DNA of 64,000 nucleotides from Eledone cirrhosa (Eukaryota): NCBI GenBank assembly GCA_964016885.1, contig OZ024744.1, positions 43,896,001 to 43,960,000 of the forward strand, read 5' to 3'. Shown piece by piece: positions 43,901 to 53,999 of this stretch (position 1 is its first letter; each line of letters starts with the position of its first letter). The notes under the pieces were generated by a model. It saw only the letters and a program-made list of their open reading frames with translations, ran no database searches and was not told where the DNA came from. The position numbers and the translations under genes were made by a program.

Positions 43901-45266
43901 TTACATCATCTGTTAATTACCAATATTAGTATAACACCATCCCTTTGTTACCAATACTAGAATTACACCATCTATTCGTTACCAATACTAGTACTACACT
44001 ATCTGTTAGTTACCAATACTAGTATTACACCATCTTTTAGTTTCCAATACTAGTATTACACCATCTGTAGTTCCCGATTCTAGCTTTACACTATATGTTA
44101 GTTACCAATACTAGTATGACACTATCTGTTAGTTACCAATATTAGTATTACACCATATGTAAGTTTCCAATATTAGTATTAAACCATCGGTTAGTTAGAA
44201 AACTACTATTACACCATATTTTAGTTACCAATACTAGTATTTCACTATCTGTTAGCTACCAATACTAGTATCACACCATCTGTTAGTTACCAAAAACTAC
44301 CATTATACCATCTGTTATTTACCAATACTAGTAGTACAGTATATGTTAGTTATCAATACTAATACTACACCATCTGTTAGTGATCCAAACTAGTGCTACA
44401 ACATATGTGCAGTTATCAATAATAGTACTAAACCATTTGTTATCTACCCAATCTAGTACTACACCATTTGTAAACTAAAAAAACTGTTATTGCACTATCT
44501 CTTAGTAACCAGTACTAATATTACACCATCTGTTAGTTACCAATACTAGTACTACACCATCTGTTAGTTACCAAAACTAGTACTACATCATCTGTTAAGT
44601 ACCAAAACTACTATTACTCCATCTGTTAGTTACCAATACTAGTACTACAACATATATTAGCGACGAATAGAAGAACTGCACCATCTGTTAGTTACATAAA
44701 CTAGTATTACATAATCTGTTAGTTACCAAAACTAGTACTACATCATCTGTTAATTACCAAAACTAGTACTAACCCATCTGTTAGTTACCAAAACTAGTAC
44801 TACACAATTTGTTAACTACCAATACTAGTACTACACCATTATTTTACCAATACTAGTATTACACCATCTTTTAGTTACCAATACTAGCTTTACACTATAT
44901 GTTAGTTACTAATACTAGTATTACACTATCTGTTAATTACCAATACTAACATTACACCATCTGTTAGTTACCAATATTAATATTACACCATATGTTAGTT
45001 AACAATACTAGTATTACACCATCGGTTAGTTAGCATACTAGTATTACACCATATGTTAGTTACCAATACTAGTATTACACCATCTGTTAGTTACCAACAC
45101 TAGTATTACACCATTTGTTAGTTACCAATACTTGTATTACACCATCTGTTAGCTAGAATACTAGTATGACACCATATGTTAGTTACCAATATTAATATTA
45201 CATCATCTGTTACTTAGAATAATAAAATTACACCATCTGTTAGTTACCAACACTAGTATTAAACTA
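22910..45266. repeat. 31-bp tandem satellite, ~22.4 kb (~720 units by length), consensus TAGTATTACACCATCTGTTAGTTACCAATAC
   Basis: Directly visible uninterrupted tandem periodicity with diverged units. Confidence 0.97.
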
Positions 45267-45362
45267 TTTCTATTTGAAATTAAGTTCAAAATTCATTTTC
45301 TTATTTAATTTTTATTGTTTTAATTGTTTCATTTCTCTCCATGTTTAACCTCCACTCAATAG

Positions 45363-45497
45363 AGAATGACATCGCTGTTTTGATCTTGTGGAACCCTATT
45401 AAAACTGACAATTGTGTACAGTACGCTCCGTTGGCAATGGAGGGGGAAACATTTGATAATAAATCATGTATCACTGCTGGATGGGGAGATTTAGGAT
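45363..45497 (+). CDS. Internal exon of a trypsin-like S1 serine protease carrying the catalytic Asp
   Basis: Pyrimidine-rich acceptor ending caatag, donor gtgagt, phase 1 to phase 1. Encodes (K)NDIAVLILWNPIKTDNCVQYAPLAMEGETFDNKSCITAGWGDLG, with the NDIA and C-x-x-x-GWG motifs. Confidence 0.9.
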
Positions 45498-45539
45498 GTG
45501 AGTTACCTCCCTTTCTTACTAACCTCTTCTTTGGCCTTT

Positions 45540-48215
45540 ATGTATGTGTGTGATTGTGGTGGTGTGTGGTGTGTTTCTGTGTGGTGTTTGTGTTTTGTGG
45601 TGGTGGTGGTGTTGATGTGTGTTTGGTTGTACTGGTGTGTGTGTGGTGGTGGTGGTGGTGTGTGTGTGGTGGTGGTGTGTGGTGGTGGTGTGTGGTGGTG
45701 TGGTGTTTGTGTTTTGTGGTGGTGGTGGTGGTGGTGTTGATGTGTGTTTGGTGGTGGTGGTGTGTGTGGTGGTGTGCGTGTGGTGGTGGTGTGTGGTGTG
45801 CGTGGTGGTGTGTGTGTGGTGTGTGTGTGGTGGAGGTGGTGGTGGTGGTAGTGTATGTGTAGTGGTGGTGGTAGTGGTGTGTGTGATGGTGGTGGTGTGT
45901 GTGTGTGCTGTATAGTGGTCTGTGTGTGTGTTTGATGTTGGTGGTGTGCGTGTTTTGTGCCGGTGATGTGTGTTTGTTGGTGGGGGGTCGTGTGTGGTGG
46001 TGGTGTGTAGTGTGTGTGGTGGTGCATGGTGTGTTTCTGTGTGGTGGTGGTGTGTGTGTGTGGTGGTGTGTGTGTGGTGTGGTTATGTTTGGTGTGTGGT
46101 GTGTTTCTGTTTTGTGGTGGTGGTGTTGATGTGTTTGGTGGTGGTGTGTGGTGTGTTTGGTGGTGGTGTGTGGTGTGTGGTGGTGGTTTGTGGTGGTGGT
46201 GTGTGGTGGTGTGTGGTGGTGGTGTCTGGTGTGTGGTGGTGGTCTGTGGTGTGTGGTGGTGGTGTGTGGTGGTGGTTTGTGGTGTGTGGTGGTGGTGGTG
46301 GTGGTGGTGGTGGTGGTGTGTGATCGTGTGTGGTGGTGTGTGGTGTGCTGGTGTTTGGTGTGTGGTGTGTTGTGGTAATGTGTATGGTGTGTGGTGTGTG
46401 GTGTGTGGTGTGTTTCTGTGTGGTGGTGTGTGGTGTGTGGTGGTGGTGTGTGGTGTGTGGTGTATGGTGGTGGTGTGTGGTGGTGGTGTGTGGTGTGTGG
46501 TGTATGGTGGTGGTGTGTGGTGTATGGTGGTGTGTGTGGTGGTGGTGGTGTGTGTTGATGTGTGTGTGGTGGTGTGTGGTGTTGGTGTGTGGTGATGGTG
46601 TGTGTGGTGGTGGTGTGTGGTGTGTAATGTTGGTGTGTGGTGTTTGGTGGTAGTGGTGTGTGTTGATGTGTGTGTGGTGGTGTGTGGTGTTGGTGTGTGG
46701 TGGTGGTGTGTGTGGTGGTGGTGTGTGGTGTGTGATGTTGGTGTGTGGTGTTTGGTGGTAGTTATGGTGGTGGTGTGTGGTGTGTGGTGTGTTTTTGTGT
46801 GGTGTGTTTCTGTGTGTTGTTTGTGAATTGTGGTGGTGGTGTTGAACTGTGTGTGGTGGTGTGTGGTGGTGTGTGATGATGGTGGTATGCGGTGGTGTGT
46901 GCTGTGTGGAGGTGTTTGGTGTGTGGTGTGTTGTGGTGGTGTGTGGAGGTGTTTGGTGTGTGGAGGTGTTTGGTGTGTGGAGGTGTTTGGTGTGTGGTGT
47001 GTGGTGGTTGTGGTGGTGGTGTGTGGTGTGTTTCTGTTTTGCGGTGAAGCTGTTGATGTGTGTGTGGTGGTGGTGTGTGGTGGTGGTGGTGTGTGGTGGT
47101 GGTGTGTGTTGGTCTGTTGTGTGTGGTGGTAGTGTGTGGTGTGTAGTGGTGGTGTGTGGTGGTGGTGGTGTCTGGTGGTGGTGTGTGTTGGTGTGTTGTG
47201 AGTGGTGGTGGCGTGTGGTGGTGGTGTGTGTTCTGTTTCTGGGTGGTGTTTGTGTATTGTGGTGGTGGTTGTGGTGTGTGGTGTGTGGTGTGTGGTGTGT
47301 GGTGGTGGTGATGTGTGGTGGTGGTGTGTGGTGTGTAGTGGTGGTGTGTGGTGGTGGTGGTGTGTGTTGGTGGTGTGTGTTGGTGTGTTGTGTGTGGTGG
47401 TGGTGTTGATGTGTGTGTGGTGGTGGTGTTGATGTTTGTGTGGTGGTGGTGGTGTTGTGTGGTGGTGGTGGTGTGTGGTGGTGTGTGGTGTGTGGTGGTG
47501 GTGTGTGGATGTGTGTTTGGTGGTGGTGTGTAGTGTGTGTGGTGTTGTGTCGTGTGTGGTGTGTGTTTCTGGTGTGTGGTGGTGTGTGGTGTGTGGTGTG
47601 TGGTGGTGGTGGTGGTGTGTGGATGTGTGTTTGGTGGTGGTGTGTAGTGTGTGTGGTGTTGTGTCGTGTGTGGTGTGTGTTTCTGGTGTGTGGTGGTGGT
47701 GTGTGGTGTGTGGTGTGTGGTGTGTGGTGGTGGTGGTGGTGGTGTGTGGTGTGTGGTGTGTGGTGGTGGTGGTGGTTGTGTGTGGATGTGTGTTTGGTGG
47801 TGGTGTGTAGTGTGTGTGGTGTTGTGTCGTGTGTGGTGTGTGTTTCTGGTGTGTGGTGGTGTGTGGTGTGTGGTGTGTGGTGGTGGTGGTGGTGTTGATG
47901 TGTGTTTTGTGCTGGTGGTGGCGTTGATGAGTGTTTGTTGGTGGTGTGTTGTGTTGTGTGGTGTGTGGTGTGTGGTTCTGGTGTGTGGTGGTGGTGTGTG
48001 TGGTGTGTGGTGTGGGGTTCTGGTGTGTGGTGGTGGTGTGTGTGGTGTGTGGTGTGTGTTGGTTGTGTGTGTGGTGTATGTATGTTTTATATGCGTGCTG
48101 TGTTGTATGAGTTGTGTGTGTGAAGTGTTGCTTGTGTGTGTGGTGTAGTATGATGGGTATGTATGTGTGTCTGTGTCTCTGCTGTGTGTATGTGAAATGT
48201 GTGTGATAGTATGTG
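45540..48215. repeat. Compound (GT)n/(GGT)n/(GTGTG)n simple repeat, ~2.7 kb
   Basis: Almost only G and T on the + strand. Confidence 0.95.
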
Positions 48216-48309
48216 TGTTCTTTCTCTTTCCACTTAGCTTCCTCACTGGAAAATGGTGTAGAAATTGGGGGTTAACTGGTAAAACAGGGGACATGAGGAG
48301 TGTGTGGAT

Positions 48310-48313
<4 letters not shown>

Positions 48314-48379
<66 letters not shown>
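48314..48379. repeat. (GA)n microsatellite
   Basis: Direct observation. Confidence 0.95.
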
Positions 48380-48382
<3 letters not shown>

Positions 48383-48751
48383 AGTGAGTGGTTCGTTGAA
48401 GTAACGTAGCCGTTCATTTCATCAAGAATCATATGTATGAAACCCTTCTCGGTTAACTGTCGTTTTAAATTCGTCTGGATCAATTCAACAATCCCCCACT
48501 TCATACTGCTATTCTTTTGAATACCAAATGTAATTAGAGAGCCTTGTTTTGTTTCGTTTATCAATGCGCCCGCAAACATGCCAATATCTTTATTATGCAA
48601 ACTGTTTCTGCTGTAAATAGTACTCGTTCCTTTTTGTTCTCTCTCTGTCTCTCTCTCCCTTTATCTCTTGCTGTAAAAAGTCATTCGTAAAAAATTACAT
48701 TTGTATTCGGAATACGAAACAATTATTCAGAGTGCACGCATACGTTAATCA

Positions 48752-48788
<37 letters not shown>

Positions 48789-49030
48789 GAATTCGGGACC
48801 CCATCGGCTGAGCTCCTGACTGCCCCAAGTATGGAGGACTCTGGTGAATAATGGTCTAACTGGCTTTTACTGCATCCATTTTAATTTCTAACCTCTAATC
48901 TGTACTTTTTCTTCCTAACTACTTCTCAATTCTTATTATTACTCACCACAACATATCCACTCTTCCATCTTTCTTCATATCATTGGCCATAAAAATGATT
49001 ATTACCTTTTAAATACATTATATTACATTT

Positions 49031-49264
49031 AATAATTGTTTCTACTTCAGGCACAAGGCCAGCAATTACCCAGTACATAATAATTGTTTCTACTTTAGGC
49101 ACAAGGCCAGCAATTACCCAGTGCATTACTGGTACTTTATTTTATCGACCCCGTAAGGATGAAAGGCAAAGTCAACCTCGGCGGGATTTGAACTCAGATC
49201 GTAAAGGGACGTAACTATGCTGGAAAGCATGGCCTCCGACCCTCTACCGATACTGCCAATCCAC
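49031..49264 (-). mobile_element. SINE, minus strand, with a tandem duplication of its ~48-bp 3' end
   Basis: Reverse complement of the 18110 SINE. The block taattgtttctactt..ggcacaaggccagcaattacccagt occurs twice. Confidence 0.88.
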
Positions 49265-49655
49265 TGAATAATCCTTCGTAAACATAAACATTTCTTTTTA
49301 CGTTAGATTTTTCCTCCTAAGTTCCTTATATTTTTCTTCCTGTCATGCTCGTCTGACTTTTACATATTACATATTACAATACATAAAAACAAACCCTAAC
49401 TAATCTTCTTTATTATATTATATTATTACCATTAGAAAATATTTCGTAAACATATATATTTTGATGTTAGATTTTTTCTTTCTTAAACATTAATGTCTTC
49501 TTTGCTTTCTGCGCTCATTGATAAACAAACTATTTACAAAAATTACGCACACATATTACATTACATAAAAACAAACTTAAACACTAAATAATTCCTCTAA
49601 ATTCATAACTCACCCACTCTTCTACTTCCTTTCACAGTATATCGTTAATAACATT

Positions 49656-50302
49656 AATATACTTACCTTATGCGTATTAACGACTGAGTAGCCCAATTTG
49701 CATATCGAGTGGGTTAATCGGCCGGGTGCACCGAAAACGATAAACGGAAAAAATGAAACGAAACTTCATTTCCGACTCTTAGTACGGCTGTTACTTAAAT
49801 ATAAGTATGTACACGTACATACATATATGTATACAGACGTACAGTAGTATGTATATATATATATACATACATGCACACATATATACAGGCACGTATGGAT
49901 TCACAGAACATTTATTATAATACTCGGTGTGTTTGTAAACAAACATCCCGTATTAAGCCGTAGTGTCCAGCAACCATGGTTGCTCGTTTGTTCAAAACTG
50001 ACAAAGGAACACTGTACTAGTTTCAAGCTTATTATCTATCGTCAGCAACGTATACCTTACTGCCAGATTGTTGAACGTATATACTTACCATATGCATATT
50101 AACGGCTGAGTAGCCCAATTTGCATATCGAGTGGGTTAATCGGCCGGGTGCACCGAAAACGATAAACGGAAAAATGAAACGAAATTTCATTTCCACTCTT
50201 GGTACGGCTGTTTTTAAATATAAGTATGTACACGTACATACATATATGTATACAGACGTACAGTAGTATGTATATATATAAATATACATACATGCACACA
50301 TA
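49656..50302 (-). repeat. Detached left segment (~1.5 units) of the 420-bp hammerhead satellite
   Basis: Same monomer as 53829-64000. Hammerhead core at 50009-50051. Confidence 0.92.
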
Positions 50303-50303
50303 T

Positions 50304-50358
50304 CTGTTAGAACACGAAAAGTGTGAAACACAGAATGTTCACTTTTCGTGTTCTAACA
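50304..50358. repeat. Short palindrome with ~19-bp arms (TGTTAGAACACGAAAAGTG ... CACTTTTCGTGTTCTAACA)
   Basis: Direct observation at the left edge of the insertion in the array. Confidence 0.85.
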
Positions 50359-51289
50359 TATATGCCTAGCTTCTTTAAAAATTTTTCGGGGATAGCCGTG
50401 GTGGTGATCGTATGTCATTGGCTAATTTTCAACCAATCAGAGTACCTCTCTCTATATCTCTTCCACTGTTACTTACGCCTGTTTCTCTCTATCTGTTCCG
50501 TCTCTATTTATATCTCTTACTCTTTCGCTTTGCACTCCTCCCCTTCAATACCATCTCTCCCCCTCTCTATATATTTGTTACTCTATCGCTGCACGCTCCT
50601 CTCCTTCAATATATCAATTACACACGCTTTACACTCCTTTATCCCCAGCGCCCCTATATATACACCCCCCTCTCCCGCATCTATATTTTAATGTACCGTT
50701 GCACCGTGAATATATGTGTCTATATATATATACATATATATTGTATATACACATTCATGTATGTGTATACACATTCATGTATGTATATACACTGGTTTTA
50801 TGTGTGTATTGTAAATTTGTACTGTTAAAACACGAAACTAACATTCGATTGACACTTTGATTACCTGTACAGGCAATAGTTATTAGAATGCTGTTGAAGT
50901 GTGTATATATTTTTGGGGGACATCCTGTATATACACACATTATATATAATACAATAAACAGATAAATACACACATATATATATGAGCTTATTTAATTATA
51001 AATATTGTGAATTTTTAACTCAGTTCAATTATATATATAAATGGCTTCTACAGGACTAGAACTGTTTCATTCGAAAGAAATCATCATAATATTGAGAGGG
51101 GGGACTAGATAAAATATTTCAAATCAAATGTGTATAAGTTATAAGTTAAAATGTATAAATAGAGACGATAGTGGAGGTATATCTGTTTAGTGGAACAGTA
51201 GACGATAGAATTAAATACAGACGAGAATCTCCCTTTAATGAAACAGCAGACGATAGAATTAAGGCAATTTAAATTTTAAGCATTTGCAT

Positions 51290-51342
51290 TTTTGCCTTTC
51301 ATCGTTACGGGGTCGATAAAATAAAGTACCAGTAATACACTG
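51290..51342 (+). mobile_element. SINE core fragment
   Basis: tttgcctttcatcgttacggggtcgataaaataaagtaccagtaat. Confidence 0.7.
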
Positions 51343-51698
51343 TCACTAGACGACTTTCAAATTGAATTGTTGGTTCCATTTCTTTAGTATTTTCAATTGT
51401 AGTTATCTACTTAAAAAGCGTTACACGGTTAGAGACATAATTCGTAAGTTATATCTTCCCTATTAAACCATTGCATTATTTCGCCTACAATAGAACAAAA
51501 ATGAAATGTTCTTTAAAGAAACAGGAATATAACTTTATAAAAAAAAAAGTTGCATCCGCTTCTTTTATCATTGATAATTTTTTCGTTTTAATATTAATTG
51601 TTTTTTGTAGTTGTTTATATTAAAAATCTTACTGTAATATTTACTTAAACGAAGGCAAACATCTAAACTTATAGATTAATCTTGAGCGAAGGACTAGA

Positions 51699-51702
<4 letters not shown>

Positions 51703-51753
<51 letters not shown>
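51703..51753. repeat. (TC)n microsatellite
   Basis: Direct observation. Confidence 0.95.
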
Positions 51754-51756
<3 letters not shown>

Positions 51757-52149
51757 AACGAAGAATGATAACATTTCAAGCAAAGAGTTTAATTAGGTAT
51801 ATTTTGTAATATTATTAACTAATTATTATAATTAACGCGCATATTTTGCTATCCTCAAACACGTTTACACATGGCATGAAATATAACTAATCCGAGATGG
51901 CTAGGTTTCATCTTCTAACTGGATAAACGAAATCCATTATGTCTTGACAACAACATGAGGTAACATTATGTTATTCACAGACACACTTTGTACACTGTTC
52001 CATATCAGAATGTATTTCCTTCGTCACATTCACAAACAGTATTGAAAATATGTTCTTCGGCAAATAAAAATGTTTTGTTCATAATATTTCAACTAGCGAT
52101 TGCTCTACTTCACGCACGACCACCATAAATTAATGACCAGCTCAACACA

Positions 52150-52320
52150 AGTATTGGTAGAGCGTCAGACACCATGCTTTGCAGTATTGTTATGGTCCTT
52201 TGCATTCTAAGTTCAAATCCTGCCGAGGTTAACTTCGACTTTCATACTTACTAATTCGATAAAATAAAGTACCAGTAATGGACTGCCGTAATGGATTTGT
52301 GCCGAAAAATAGAAACACTA
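52150..52320 (+). mobile_element. Degenerate SINE
   Basis: gttcaaatcctgccgaggttaactt...gataaaataaagtaccagtaatg. Confidence 0.75.
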
Positions 52321-52871
52321 TTAATGTGCAATAAGAGCAAAATATAACGACATTGCTCAATTATTTTATCTAATGTTGTAATAACACAAGGAAATGTTGT
52401 TTGTGTATTTTTTTTTATATTTGCTCATAGGCTTTTACAATTTCGCTCAGCCAACAACTATTAAAAAGTGAGTTGCTTAAGATAACAATTTAATCACAAA
52501 TTGTTGCTATCTTTTAATACACTCCAACAAGTCATCAAATTATGTACAATAAAAACAAATCTTATTAATTTGCTCAGGGAATATAAAGAAAATGTATATA
52601 CACTGATAATTGCAAATGTATGTAAATATTTTGTTTTTGTATTGTATATTTTGTTTTCTATTATGTATAATATATTGATTTAATATTGATTGTTTTTTGT
52701 AGTTGTTTATATTAAAAGTCTGAAAATATTTTTATACATCTTACACTAATATTTATAAGATAATTTATAATAACAATTACATAATCTAATTACATTACAA
52801 CGATAATTTATTATTAATATATATCCTGTTTAACTAGAGTTATTACAAGCGTTGCCTTAAAAAAATATTAA

Positions 52872-53828
52872 ACTAGACATGAAAAATGCGCAAGCTCAAA
52901 AGTGCCACAGAATGTTATAATAAACCTTCAAAAGTGTGGGACTAGAGTTGTTGCTAAAAAATATTGTAATCATTATATATCGTACATTCTGTGGCATCCT
53001 TTATAAAAATAGCTTAAACCAACGAAGCCTTTATTTTTACGCTATTTCACTTAGTTAATTCTTAGAGTGTAACATATAAAAATAAATACATCTATGTTTA
53101 ATGTAATAACAGCTATAAATAATTACGTAATATTATTATCATATACTCATAGTAACAAAATAATTGTGTTGAAACTTAATATGATGCTTATATGAACGAT
53201 CAAATCTATAATGATAATTTCTTAAATATACTAATAGTAAAATAATTTAGTTATCTATTGTTACATTTTCATAGAACTATAATATTAACAATCGTATTGC
53301 ATTATCAAATTTTTATCACTACAAACTTTCATATTGGAATTACCTTAAGCCACTTATTATTACTTCGCTTTCGTACTTTTACAGCTGTAGATATTGCGCT
53401 GTATCTTATATCTAATATCAATATCTCGTGGTAATTTGCATGAAGTGTAAAATAGGTTTATTAATAACTTTAATATGAAATGTATTATACAGGGCTGCGG
53501 AGTCGGTCAAAAATTGACTGGCTCCAACTCAGGATCCGATACTCCATTATTTCCTAAATTTCAGCTCCGCAGCTCTGTTATTATATTAATTAATTTATTT
53601 TATAGTTGTAAATCATATTTTTATATGTTACACTCTAAGAATTAACTAAGTGAAATAGCGTAAAAATAAAGGCTTCGTTGGTTTAAGCTATTTTTATAAA
53701 GGATGCCACAGAATGTACGATATATAATGATTACAATATTTTTTAGCAACAACTCTAGTCCCACACTTTTGAAGGTTTATTATAACATTCTGTGGCACTT
53801 TTGAGCTTGCGCATTTTTCATGTCTAGT
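52872..53828. repeat. 213-bp inverted repeat (52872-53084 / 53616-53828) around a ~530-bp spacer; foldback/MITE-like
   Basis: The arms read as exact reverse complements by eye (ACTAGACATGAAAAATGCG... / ...CGCATTTTTCATGTCTAGT). Confidence 0.88.
53490..53577. mobile_element. 88-bp hAT-like MITE
   Basis: TIRs CAGGGCTGCGGAG / CTCCGCAGCTCTG. 8-bp flanks GTATTATA / TTATTATA (7 of 8 match) fit a hAT-type TSD. Confidence 0.7.
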
Positions 53829-53956
53829 ATATATATGCACGTACGGATTCACCGAACATTTATTATAATGCTCGGTGTGTTTGTAAACAAACATCCCGTA
53901 TTAAGTTGTAGTGTCTAGCAACCATCGTTGCTCGTTTGTTCAACACTGACAAACGA

Positions 53957-53999
53957 ACGCTGTACTAGTTTCAAGCTTATTAGCTATCGTCAGCAACGT
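53957..53999 (-). ncRNA. Type I hammerhead core, first copy of the main array
   Basis: acgctg-tactagtttc-aagcttattagcta-tcgtcag-caacgt on the + strand. Confidence 0.8.

Noticed and set aside
22910-45266. CRISPR array (repeat length ~31 bp)
   Set aside because: Units are contiguous with no unique spacers, there are no cas genes, and the context is eukaryotic.
48238-48278. Next protease exon after the acceptor-like ctttccacttag
   Set aside because: The required phase-1 frame hits a stop (SSLENGVEIGG*) and shows no S1 motif.
45498-48600. Long Val/Cys/Gly/Trp- or His/Thr/Pro-rich ORFs (e.g. 612 aa)
   Set aside because: Artefacts of a stop-poor GT/GGT simple repeat.
51905-51960. Protease C-terminal exon (VSSSNWINEI)
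   Set aside because: Trp spacing does not fit RVS.Y..WI, the acceptor is weak, and no GDSGGP exon precedes it.
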